In this document: piece by piece, positions 1 to 9,153 of the stretch
How the letters are laid out: every line of letters begins with the position of its first letter
Position numbering within the stretch: the stretch's first letter is position 1
From: Candidatus Nanoarchaeia archaeon
GTDB taxonomy: Archaea; Nanobdellota; Nanobdellia; Woesearchaeales; GW2011-AR4
NCBI GenBank assembly: GCA_035288925.1
Contig: DATDYS010000013.1
Location: 22,168 to 86,167 of the forward strand
Length of the DNA stretch: 64,000 nucleotides
Direction of reading: 5' to 3'
Program-made: the position numbers and the translations under genes
Notes under the pieces: model-generated
Told to the model about the DNA's origin: nothing
Databases searched by the model: none
What the model saw: only the letters and a program-made list of their open reading frames with translations

Positions 1-659
1 TTCATGTCACCTTCCATTTTCAGGTCCTTTTCAGCCCTGTCGAGAACCTGGATAATTTTTATCTCATGGTCCCCTAGCGAGTAAAAAGCCTCCCTTATCT
101 CCTCGATATTGACAAGAAAATCCGACACAACGACGAGCATAGATTTACTGCCGATGACTTTCTTGTACTGCCTTAAAGTATCGGCCAGCTTGGAAAATCC
201 TTTGGGCTTTACAGAGTTCAGGTGCTGAACCATTGCAGCAAGCTGCGACAGCCCTCTCTTCGGCTGGAATATCTCAAGCGTGTCAGCAAATGTCGAGAAC
301 ATGAATTTTTCATTCTCGCGCATTGCAAGATACCCGAACCCGACTCCAATCATGGATGCGTAATCAAACTTGCTCACCGGCTTGCCGAAATCCATGGAAG
401 CGCTTCGGTCAATTATAATATGCACAGTAAGGTTTTTCTCCTCCTCATGAACTTTCAGGTAAAAATTGTCCGTCCGGGCATAAACTTTCCAGTCAATCAT
501 TCTAATATCATCGCCAGGCGCGTAAATTCTGTAATCCTTGAACGTTAACCCGTGCCCTCCCATCGCGGACTTGCGTGCGCCGCTTATTGTAGAAGTAACC
601 CTCTTGTTGACTACAAGATTAAATCTAGTCAGCTGGTCCAAAAATTGCGTGTTTATCAT
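1..659 (-). CDS. DUF58 family protein (MoxR-associated), runs off window start
   Basis: Manual translation from ATG at 659: MINTQFLDQLTRFNLVVNKRV...GGHGLTFKDYRIYAPGDDIRMIDWKVYART, the DUF58 Y.PGDD.R.IDW motif; lies downstream of moxR. Confidence 0.9.
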   Translation of the reverse strand, partial: MINTQFLDQLTRFNLVVNKRVTSTISGARKSAMGGHGLTFKDYRIYAPGDDIRMIDWKVYARTDNFYLKVHEEEKNLTVHIIIDRSASMDFGKPVSKFDYASMIGVGFGYLAMRENEKFMFSTFADTLEIFQPKRGLSQLAAMVQHLNSVKPKGFSKLADTLRQYKKVIGSKSMLVVVSDFLVNIEEIREAFYSLGDHEIKIIQVLDRAEKDLKMEGDM

Positions 660-661
660 TT

Positions 662-830
662 TCAACCTTTTTCTTTACAAGATCCTAAAAAATCCTTTGA
701 GGATTTTTGGGAACTTGAAAATTATTAATTTTCAAGTAAAAGCTTGACCAAAAAGTGTGACATGTGAGCGAGTGAGGCGAGCTCACTCGCAAGTCGCACG
801 TCAAGCTTGAAGAGGCATAAAGCCTCTATT
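662..830. repeat. Modular hairpin repeat family A, composite copy
   Basis: CAACCTTTTTCTTT...AAAAGCTTGACCAAAAA interrupted by nested hairpins, then the GTGACATGTGAGCGAGT..CGAGCTCACTCGCAAGTC module (shared with 34234) and hairpin AGAGGC-ATAAA-GCCTCT (811-827). Confidence 0.85.
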
Positions 831-857
831 TTTTCTTGTATTTTTATCGCTGCGAAA

Positions 858-972
858 TTTCCAGCATGGATGAGAACTGAGTGCAGAACTTTTTTCCTTA
901 CGAAGTCGGGAAAAAAGTTTTGCGAATAAGCTTTTGACCAACAAAAGCCGTGTTCGAATCCTATGTTTGGAA
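858..972. repeat. Nested palindromic element
   Basis: Outer imperfect IR TTCCAGCATGGAT/ATCCTATGTTTGGAA enclosing GCAGAACTTTTTTTCC-TTACGAAGT-CGGGAAAAAAGTTTTGC and GCTTTTG/CAAAAGC; the TTACGAAGT loop recurs inverted near 33148. Confidence 0.65.
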
Positions 973-1006
973 TTTTTTAAATTATTTTTTCGATATTTTT
1001 ATTCTC

Positions 1007-1942
1007 CTATTTTACCCTGTCAAGTATCGCCTTGATTGCATCATCGACTGACATGCCCTTTCTCTCGGCTTCAAAGTTCAGGACTATCCTGTGCCTTAAA
1101 ATAGGGTAAGCCAAAAAGTTGAGGTCGTCGTTGCTCACGTGGTTTCTTCCCTGTATCAGCGCCCTTGCTTTTGACGCCAAAATCAGTCCGATTGACGCTC
1201 TGGGGGATGCACCATATTGTATAATCTCCTTGTTTGAACGGGTCGCGTGTATTATTTTGACTGCCCTTTGCTTTATATCGTTCGCAATCGGAACCTGCCT
1301 TGTCAGCCCCTGCAAAGTCAGCAGGTGATTTTTGTTCAGCATCACTTTTAGCCTGCGGTCCCTGGCCTCTGCCGAGTACAGGTCAACTATTTCAATTTCC
1401 TGGTCAAATGTCGGGTAAGCCACTTTTATTTTCAGCAAAAACCTGTCAGCCTGCGCTTCCGGCAATGGATAAGTTCCCTCCTGCTCAATCGGGTTCTGCG
1501 TTGCAAGGACAAAAAACGGCGCGTCGAGCTTGTAAGTGTTTGTTCCGACGGTGACCTGCTTTTCCTGCATTGCCTCAAGCAGCGCCGACTGTGTTTTTGG
1601 AGTCGCACGGTTGATTTCATCAGCAAGAACTATATTTGCAAATATTGGGCCGGGCTGGAATTTAAACTGCCTCTTTCCTCCCGACTCCTCGATTATGTAA
1701 GTTCCGGTTATATCCGACGGCATTAAATCGGGGGTATTCTGGATTCTCGAGAATTTCAAATCCATCAGCTCTGCAAGCGTCCTCACGGTCAATGTCTTTG
1801 CGAGCCCGGGATAGCCTTCAAGCAAAGCGTTTGCATCGCACAAAATGGATACAAGAATCTGCTCAACAACATCCTGCTGGCCTACGATAACTTTGCCGAG
1901 CTCTTTCTGCAGCTCGTCAAAAACCTGCTTATAATTTTTCAT
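1007..1942 (-). CDS. moxR: MoxR family AAA+ ATPase
   Basis: Walker A GYPGLAKT, RIQNTPDLMPSDITG, LADEINRATPKTQSALLEAMQE, ATQNPIEQEGTYPLPEAQADRF. Confidence 0.95.
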   Translation of the reverse strand: MKNYKQVFDELQKELGKVIVGQQDVVEQILVSILCDANALLEGYPGLAKTLTVRTLAELMDLKFSRIQNTPDLMPSDITGTYIIEESGGKRQFKFQPGPIFANIVLADEINRATPKTQSALLEAMQEKQVTVGTNTYKLDAPFFVLATQNPIEQEGTYPLPEAQADRFLLKIKVAYPTFDQEIEIVDLYSAEARDRRLKVMLNKNHLLTLQGLTRQVPIANDIKQRAVKIIHATRSNKEIIQYGASPRASIGLILASKARALIQGRNHVSNDDLNFLAYPILRHRIVLNFEAERKGMSVDDAIKAILDRVK

Positions 1943-2202
1943 TTACAATTCACCTCAATATTTTTTGTTGGAAATTTTATTCAATTCATTATTATTAATT
2001 TTATTTTGATGTTATTTTTATGCATTATTTATTCTTTTATTTTATTTATTATTTTTAATTTTTGGATTTATGTTTTTCAATTAAGTTATTTTCCGCCAAA
2101 ATTTTGATTTCATTTATTTTTATTTTATTATTATTTTATCTTTTAATTATATTACTTTTTAATAATCAATAAATTTTGTTTCTTATTATCAGATTTATAT
2201 TA

Positions 2203-2967
2203 TTAACCCTCAGCCAGCTTCTTAAAATAATTCTTGACCAATTCCTGCTGCTCCTGGGGAATATTTTCTTCGAAAGCAGTTGTTTCCTTGACAGCCAGTT
2301 CAGAGGGAAAAGTTGCCTCAAACTTCTGCTGCTGCGAGTCGCCCTCTTCCTTCACATTGACCTTGAAGTCAACCGGCTTAAGCCGTATGTTGAGCTCTTT
2401 GTCACCGAGCGTCGCAACGTCATTCTTGCCGAAAATGTCCCCGCTTGTGTTTAGTTTTGCCGCCACAAAATTCCCGGCTCCCTTCGGGCCCTGGAAAATG
2501 TCAGGGACGGTGTTTCTTGCAAATTCAACTATCTTCAGGTTCATTGTCGTGGCAAAAATAATCAAAAATGAAAGCACCATGACGGCAAATATCTTGTAGG
2601 ACAGTGTCCTTGGATTGATAAACATGGACAGCTCAACATTCTTCATCGCATTTGTAACTTCATACTCAAGCTCATTTGCAATCGGGTTGTCCATGCCAAC
2701 ATTGTCAGCAGCCGTCCTTAATTTCTCCCTGAGCGGAGCGTATTTGCCCTCAACCATCATTGGCTTTGATGTTTTTACCGACATATAGCTGTAAAAACCA
2801 AGATACGCAACGGCGGGAATCAATGACAGCATCGGATGGAAATCCAGCACGGACAAAATAAGGTATGAAGCCAAAAAGACAAGAGTCGTGTTCACCACGT
2901 TCTCAAACAGCGTCAGCTGGTTCAGCGTCCTGTTGATTTCCTTTACGACCTGTGAAAATTGTTTCAT
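2203..2967 (-). CDS. Membrane protein of the MoxR/VWA cluster
   Basis: 254 aa, ~3 hydrophobic segments, C-terminal IPQEQQELVKNYFKKL motif; operon context. Confidence 0.75.
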   Translation of the reverse strand: MKQFSQVVKEINRTLNQLTLFENVVNTTLVFLASYLILSVLDFHPMLSLIPAVAYLGFYSYMSVKTSKPMMVEGKYAPLREKLRTAADNVGMDNPIANELEYEVTNAMKNVELSMFINPRTLSYKIFAVMVLSFLIIFATTMNLKIVEFARNTVPDIFQGPKGAGNFVAAKLNTSGDIFGKNDVATLGDKELNIRLKPVDFKVNVKEEGDSQQQKFEATFPSELAVKETTAFEENIPQEQQELVKNYFKKLAEG

Positions 2968-2968
2968 T

Positions 2969-3490
2969 TTAGCAAGTTTCCGAAGCGCCTGCCGTGCTTT
3001 TTAAGCAGGCGTTCTTTTTTTCCAGAACATCAACTTTATCATCAAGCCTATTAACGTCCGATTTCAAATTCAGCACCTGGGTGTTCAACTGCTGCACCAG
3101 CACAGCCTGCGCTGCCAACTGGCTTTGGGTGTCAGCCAATTTGCTCAATGTAGCCGCCAACTCAGACTTTGTGCTTGTCAAGTCAACCGTCAGCTTAGTT
3201 TTATCAGCCTCCAGTTGGTCCCTTTCGCTTTTTGTATCCACATATTTCTTACTCAGGTCCTGCTCTTTCTGGCCCTGAAGCACGAGCTGCACATTCGTCT
3301 GGTTAAGCTGGCCTTTCTTGGCCTCAAGCTCTTTGCTTATCGTGTTAAGCTCATTGAGCTTTATCTCGTAGCTTTTCGACACATTCTTGAAAGTAGTCTG
3401 GTAATAAACGGTGAATCCGCTGAACATTAATATCGCCGCAACTATCAGCAGAAGCAGCCCAAGATTGACATCACGCCTCATTATCGCCAT
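2969..3490 (-). CDS. Membrane-anchored coiled-coil protein
   Basis: N-terminal TM helix followed by long heptad-rich Q/L/K region. Confidence 0.75.
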   Translation of the reverse strand: MAIMRRDVNLGLLLLIVAAILMFSGFTVYYQTTFKNVSKSYEIKLNELNTISKELEAKKGQLNQTNVQLVLQGQKEQDLSKKYVDTKSERDQLEADKTKLTVDLTSTKSELAATLSKLADTQSQLAAQAVLVQQLNTQVLNLKSDVNRLDDKVDVLEKKNACLKSTAGASETC

Positions 3491-3701
3491 TTTATCGCCT
3501 CATTTTAAATTAAATTTGTTTGAATTTTATTTTCCTATTAAATTAAATTTTTTATATTTTTTTACTGAATAAAATTTTTGATATATAATTTCTAAAATCA
3601 TATTTTCATAGTTTTTGGCTCATTATTTTTTATTGCTTTTATTAATTTTCTTATTCATTATTTTAATTATTCTTTGATTATCAATCCCTTAACTTAAATA
3701 T

Positions 3702-6179
3702 CTATCTTTGCGCATTCTCCCTGAATCTTCTTATCGCTATCTCGGCCAAAAACAGCAGCATCGCGATTATTGCAAACGGCCACCTGTAATCAGTTGAGTC
3801 AATTTTTATTCTTTTCGATTTTGCCTTGATGAATTCTATGATTCCTTTTGTATCACCGGGCTCAAAAACCTTGCCGCCGGTTTTCTGCACGAGAGTTGTG
3901 AATTCCGGATTAATTCCGAGGTTTGCGTATTCGTCATTGTAATTGGTGGCGAAAGTCGCGCCGAGCAGGTCCTTGAATCCAATTTCAGCCGGAGTGTATG
4001 GGGATGAATAAAGGTTCGTGTCTATTTTTGCGAACGCAAGGCCATATCCTTTCGGCATGTCTTTGGTTATCACATTCACGCTTGTAGATTTTCCCAGAAC
4101 GGTGTCGGCTATGCTCACATCATAGCTTTTTTTTCTTGCAAGATCGCCTATGGCCCAGTTTATGCTCTTGGTTATGAGTTTGGAATTTTCCTTGTTTAAT
4201 AATGCCCCCGCCCATCTTGAGCCGTCGTCAGTTCCAAATGTTACAACTCTTCCAAGCCCGAAGCGCCACACAGCCAGGATTGGAATATTCTTCTGCGTTG
4301 TCACAAGCAGCCTTGCCGCAGGCTTTGGCACCATATAATTATAGCCAGAAATGGTCGCATGCATGTCATCCATGGCAAGAGTTATAAAATGGGAAGTGTC
4401 AATTGGAATCAGCGTGTTGTAAAACTCCTCCCCTTTTGTCTCGTCTTTGTCGCCAAACTGGACTTTGAGTTTATTGGACGCGTCCGTCTTGAAGTAAATT
4501 CCCTCCCCGAGCCGTGCTATGTTGTCAAGGAAAAGGTTGTTGTCAGAAGACAGAACATCAGTGTCGGTTCCCACTCCGACGGTAAATATTTTTACGCCCT
4601 GGGCATTCACGCTCCGCACAATGTTAAGCGTGTTTTCCCTCAGCTGCTTGTATGTTGTCTTGCCGTCGCTGATGAAAATTATGTTTTTGCTTCCGCCGAC
4701 CTTGCCTAGCAGCTGCGCTCCGCCCTGTATGCCGACATCAAAGCAGGACTGGCCGTCAAAATCAAGTTTGGAGATTCTGTCCTTGAGCTCTTTTTTTACC
4801 TCCTTTAAGGGCTTCAAGCCGCCGGGAAGTATATCAAAAGCCTGGCATCTTTCTGTATGCCCATTGCCAAATGCAACAGCTCCGATGTTATTTTTCTCGC
4901 TCAGGCTGTCCACAACGCTTATTGCAAGAGCTTTTTCCAGCCCAATCGATTCGGACGTGCTGCTTGAAATGTCAATGACCAGCGCGATGTTTATGTCGCT
5001 TTTATTCGACTCCTCGCTTGCGCCGATTTTTACCGGAAGAAGCGTCTCAAGCAAAGTCCCTTTATACCCTCCCCTGTCGTAAGAATGCTCTCCGCCCAAA
5101 AATATCAGCCCGTTTCCGTCTGATACGTAGCTGCTGAGCCCGTCAATGCGGGAGTTTATGCTGGAGGCCGGAATGTCATTAAAAATTACAGCCATATAGT
5201 CCGACAAATCCTGCGGAAGCGAATCCCTGACGTCAACTTCATAAATCTTAAACAGCTGCTCGGCCAGCGGAGATGTTTTTTGCGTCATGTAAAGAATTTT
5301 CGGCCTTGGAACGATTTTCACGCTCTTGTAATAGGCATTGTTGTTCTGGAAATAGTCATCCTTGCCGACATTAAGCAGCCTTGCAGTCAGCTTGTGGTAC
5401 TCCCCCTCAGGAAATATTTTTGAAAATGCAAATGTTTTGGAGCCACTTCCCTGCTCTTCCAGTATAAGCACCGAATCATCCATGCTGACCTGCAGGGTGT
5501 AGGGGATGCTGCTGCCGATGACAGAAACCTTCACGACAAAATCGCCTTCGGTGTCCTTTATAAGCTCGGGGGGGCCGTCAATCGTAACCCCGACATCATT
5601 TTTCACGGCATCCATTTTCAGGGTGCTGATTGAGGAATTTATTCCGGAGGCAAAAAGCATGATGTCTCCAAGCACCTTGCCCTCGTTGTTCACCCCGTCC
5701 GTAACAACCAAAACATTGTCATCGCCCTCTATGTTGTTAAGTATCCCGTTTCCTATTGTTGAATGCTCTCCGCCCGCAATTGTCCTAATCTGCACCGGCA
5801 CCGTGCCTTCCAGTTTTTTGTACAAATTGTAGGCTATGTTTGGATTGTAAAGAGCCATAGACGTGGAATTGTCAACGAGAATCGTCAGCCTTGGATTGCC
5901 GGGAACGGTTTTGCTTTCCAGCATGAAAGGAGATGCAATCGCAATCATCAAAAATACAAATGCAAAGCTCCTCAGCGCAAGCACTATCTTCCTGTCCGTC
6001 TTCTTTGACTTCACATAATTTTCCAGTTCAAATTTGTTGTTGAATTTCACAAAAGTCTTTCTCGTAAGCCAAAATAAAAACAGCAGGATTGGGATTATTG
6101 CAATTAGCACATAGAAGTACCTGACGCAGTATTTGGACGTGCAGTATATGTTTGAGTAATCTGGGATAATAAAGCTCAT
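3702..6179 (-). CDS. Membrane protein with two VWA domains and a GATase-like domain
   Basis: MIDAS-like ILVDNSTSM and LVIDISSST, IIFISDG, GNGLIFLGGEHSY..GGY..T.LE.LLPV; terminal TM helices. Confidence 0.85.
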   Translation of the reverse strand: MSFIIPDYSNIYCTSKYCVRYFYVLIAIIPILLFLFWLTRKTFVKFNNKFELENYVKSKKTDRKIVLALRSFAFVFLMIAIASPFMLESKTVPGNPRLTILVDNSTSMALYNPNIAYNLYKKLEGTVPVQIRTIAGGEHSTIGNGILNNIEGDDNVLVVTDGVNNEGKVLGDIMLFASGINSSISTLKMDAVKNDVGVTIDGPPELIKDTEGDFVVKVSVIGSSIPYTLQVSMDDSVLILEEQGSGSKTFAFSKIFPEGEYHKLTARLLNVGKDDYFQNNNAYYKSVKIVPRPKILYMTQKTSPLAEQLFKIYEVDVRDSLPQDLSDYMAVIFNDIPASSINSRIDGLSSYVSDGNGLIFLGGEHSYDRGGYKGTLLETLLPVKIGASEESNKSDINIALVIDISSSTSESIGLEKALAISVVDSLSEKNNIGAVAFGNGHTERCQAFDILPGGLKPLKEVKKELKDRISKLDFDGQSCFDVGIQGGAQLLGKVGGSKNIIFISDGKTTYKQLRENTLNIVRSVNAQGVKIFTVGVGTDTDVLSSDNNLFLDNIARLGEGIYFKTDASNKLKVQFGDKDETKGEEFYNTLIPIDTSHFITLAMDDMHATISGYNYMVPKPAARLLVTTQKNIPILAVWRFGLGRVVTFGTDDGSRWAGALLNKENSKLITKSINWAIGDLARKKSYDVSIADTVLGKSTSVNVITKDMPKGYGLAFAKIDTNLYSSPYTPAEIGFKDLLGATFATNYNDEYANLGINPEFTTLVQKTGGKVFEPGDTKGIIEFIKAKSKRIKIDSTDYRWPFAIIAMLLFLAEIAIRRFRENAQR

Positions 6180-8050
6180 AGGTCCCCCCTCCTCTTTATG
6201 TATATAAACTCAGCCAGCATGAGCAAAAACACCAGCAATAAAATTAAAAATTCAAGATTGAAGTCCTGCTCCTTGCTTTCCCTTCCCAGCAGATTTTCCC
6301 TCGCCTGCCGGCTCTCAACCTTTGACGGCAGCGCAATATCGGATTCTTTTTCATCAATAAGGTTGGCCGCATATTTCTTGTTGTTGAATTCATAAACGCC
6401 TGCCTCATCCATCAGCACCCTGGATGTTGTAAAGCTGGCTGAGGGAGTGGTAACTTTCTGCTCATCCACTACAAATATTTTCCCAGTCTTAAAATTATAG
6501 TCTTTTATGTCCTCCGCCCCGACCATGAAATTTATGAGCGAGCTCCAGAAGATGGGATAGGCCGGAAGCGTCTTGAAGTCGCTTGAATCGTCGAGTATTC
6601 CATAATAGGCGACTTTTCCCTTCTGCCTTTCGCCGTAGACTACCAAAGGGGTTTTGTCATCGGCAGAGGCAAATGTGATTGTTCCTTTTTTGGAATCCGC
6701 CCCAAAATAAGCCCCTGAAGTGGTGAAGCACCTTTCTTTCTCGAACTGTTTTGTTATCTGGTTGATTGTCTCTACGCATGCTTTTGTTGCTTTGTTTATC
6801 ATGGACTTCACATTAATTGGCAAAAGGTCTTCCGTGTTTATATCCTTCAAATCACTCTGGGCGGCTATTATCACGTTTCCCCCCCTCTCAACATAATTCT
6901 GGATATCCTGGAATGTGCCAGGCACGATTCCGTCCTTTTTATTGGCATTGTTTATTTTGTATACTACGATAAGGTCCTGCTTGTAGGGGTCAACTTTTTC
7001 TTTTTTCGTGTTGATTGTCAGCACCGGCGGGTTCACAACATTCAGCTCAATATCCTTGGCGGACTCCAGCGCCAGCTCAAGATTGCTTGATTTTTCATTT
7101 GTAATGAGAAGCACGGAATTTTTTATTTTTCTGGGAGTAGCGATGTATGCAGCATCATCAGCCTCCAGACCGTCTTTCGGATCAAGCTCGACTTTTGACA
7201 CTCCTGCGGGCGTGTCAAATATGAAATTTTCAACTGAGTGAGGCGCTATGGTTACCTTAGTTTGCGTTATAACCTTGCCTTCCCTCACTATCTTTACAGT
7301 CCTGTCTTTTGGCTGGGAATCAAAATTTTTGATGTAAACCTTGGTATTATATTTTGTGACCTCCAGTTTTATGATGCCGACATTGCTGGCATCGTTTGAC
7401 ACGTCAACAAAGTCCACAAGCTTGTCTTCTGACAACAGAGTTGCCCTGACAACACCTATATCGGGCCCTTCTGTCGAGAGAAAATCACTAAGCACTACTA
7501 CTCTCCCGGGCCTTTCTCCCAGGATATCCTTGGCAAGCAGGAGTGAATCCCCTAAATTTGTTGTTGTTGCCTTTGGCCCTATTTTTGACAGGACATCAAG
7601 CGCAACGTCGGTGTTTTCATCCTCAAGGACAATCAGGGGGGTATTTTCAGCCAGGATTATGCTGTTTCTCCCGCTGAGCACTTTTTTTGCCTCATCTATT
7701 GCCGTGTCAAACCTCATAACCCCTTTTTCCTTTGCCTGCATTGAAGCGCTGACATCAATTATCACTACGGTGTTCTCAAGCGTGGAATCATATTTCAGCT
7801 TGACAAAAGGGGCAGCCGCCACCAGTGCCAATCCGAGGATCGTGAGGAGCTGCATCAGGAAAAGGAGGTTTGTCATGAGCTTCTGCAGGAAAGAATACTG
7901 CCTTGACCTTTTGTTGTCCTGCATTATGAACATCAGCGACGGGATAACCTTATCCTGCGGCTTTGGCCTCCTGAGATAGAGAATTATAAACGCAGCGACA
8001 GCTGCCAGCGCTATCAAACCAAGCGGCCTTGCAAAAGGGAGTGCTGCCAT
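6176..8050 (-). CDS. BatA/VWA domain membrane protein
   Basis: BatA-like N-terminus (FARP..LYLRRPK..IPSLMF), VIIDVSASM, VVLSDF, C-terminal TM. Confidence 0.85.
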   Translation of the reverse strand: MAALPFARPLGLIALAAVAAFIILYLRRPKPQDKVIPSLMFIMQDNKRSRQYSFLQKLMTNLLFLMQLLTILGLALVAAAPFVKLKYDSTLENTVVIIDVSASMQAKEKGVMRFDTAIDEAKKVLSGRNSIILAENTPLIVLEDENTDVALDVLSKIGPKATTTNLGDSLLLAKDILGERPGRVVVLSDFLSTEGPDIGVVRATLLSEDKLVDFVDVSNDASNVGIIKLEVTKYNTKVYIKNFDSQPKDRTVKIVREGKVITQTKVTIAPHSVENFIFDTPAGVSKVELDPKDGLEADDAAYIATPRKIKNSVLLITNEKSSNLELALESAKDIELNVVNPPVLTINTKKEKVDPYKQDLIVVYKINNANKKDGIVPGTFQDIQNYVERGGNVIIAAQSDLKDINTEDLLPINVKSMINKATKACVETINQITKQFEKERCFTTSGAYFGADSKKGTITFASADDKTPLVVYGERQKGKVAYYGILDDSSDFKTLPAYPIFWSSLINFMVGAEDIKDYNFKTGKIFVVDEQKVTTPSASFTTSRVLMDEAGVYEFNNKKYAANLIDEKESDIALPSKVESRQARENLLGRESKEQDFNLEFLILLLVFLLMLAEFIYIKRRGDL

Positions 8051-8051
8051 T

Positions 8052-8261
8052 TTATTTTTTATTTCTCTTTTTTTTATTCATTATGACATCCATAATCTCA
8101 TTCGGATTAACCAAATCCTTGACAAGAATCAGGACATCATTAAGTTCGTACCAATAAACATCTGAGGCGGAATCTATCTCCAGGTCCTGCCTTCCCTCCT
8201 GGGGCAGCGTAAGCTGGCCCTGCTTCGTAAGCTTCGCCTTTCCTATGAACTTGGGTTCCAT
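8052..8261 (-). CDS. AbrB/MazE-like DNA-binding protein
   Basis: KLTKQGQLTLPQEGRQDLEI motif; first gene of the operon. Confidence 0.75.
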   Translation of the reverse strand: MEPKFIGKAKLTKQGQLTLPQEGRQDLEIDSASDVYWYELNDVLILVKDLVNPNEIMDVIMNKKKRNKK

Positions 8262-8432
8262 TATTATTTGTATTACTTTTATTAAAATTATGTTATTTGA
8301 TACATATATTAAATTAATTAAAATTAATATTTATAAACTTTTCTGTTCAATTATTTTATCACTATACAGTAATAAACAAACGAAAGCTTTATATACTAGT
8401 TATTGCAGTTATATAGTAGTACGGGGGTAAAA

Positions 8433-8966
8433 TTGAACAAAAAAGCAGCCATATTTGCAGTCATGCTGTTTGCCCTTGGGTGGGTGAGCAGCATTATATA
8501 CTCAGGAGTTATGAGTAGCTCCAGCCCTGTTGACCATCCGGTAAGCACGCAAAGCAATGTTGCGGGTTTGCAGAAATTGCAGGGCAGCGCTTCAAGGGAC
8601 AAGCCTTCCCCTTCTGAATGGGTAAAAAACAGCCAGATTAATGTTTTTAATGACGAAGTTGTCCTTAAAATCAAAAATGCAAAGTGGGCAGTTTTTACCG
8701 ACACCAAGTCAATGGATCCGGTGATAGACTCAACCAGCAAGGCAATTCAAGTCATTCCTGAAAGTGAAAATTACATTCATGTCGGCGACATTGTGGCATA
8801 CAATTCAAAATATGAAAATGGAACTGTAACGCACAGGGTTGCCGAGATTGGGCACGATTCAAAAGGATGGTATGCTATGCTCAAAGGAGACAACAATAGA
8901 TATCCTGACCCTGAGAAAGTAAGATTTGAGCAGATAAAAAGCGTTGTTGTTGCGGTTATTTATTAG
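8433..8966 (+). CDS. Signal peptidase I-like (S26) protein
   Basis: TKSMDP, VGDIVAY, THRV, KGDNN motifs; probable TTG start at 8433 after GGGGT. Confidence 0.8.
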   Translation: MNKKAAIFAVMLFALGWVSSIIYSGVMSSSSPVDHPVSTQSNVAGLQKLQGSASRDKPSPSEWVKNSQINVFNDEVVLKIKNAKWAVFTDTKSMDPVIDSTSKAIQVIPESENYIHVGDIVAYNSKYENGTVTHRVAEIGHDSKGWYAMLKGDNNRYPDPEKVRFEQIKSVVVAVIY

Positions 8967-9153
8967 TTCTAAAAAGAAAATTATAAATAGAAGTTTGGTT
9001 TTTAGCTTTACTATGAAAAAGTTTACTTTAAATTTACCGGATGAATTCTTCACCAGATTAACAACTTCTACAACTACAACAGCGTAAAAGCTGCCCATTG
9101 TTTTATTCTTTTGTTCAATAAATATTTAAATCTGACAAAAACTAAACACAAAA

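Noticed and set aside
945..965. GTTCGAATCC resembling a tRNA T-arm
   Set aside because: No acceptor, D or anticodon arms could be built; it is part of a nested palindrome
1945..2200. Extremely AT-rich spacer (also 3495-3700)
   Set aside because: Low-complexity T/A tract with no periodic repeat or credible ORF
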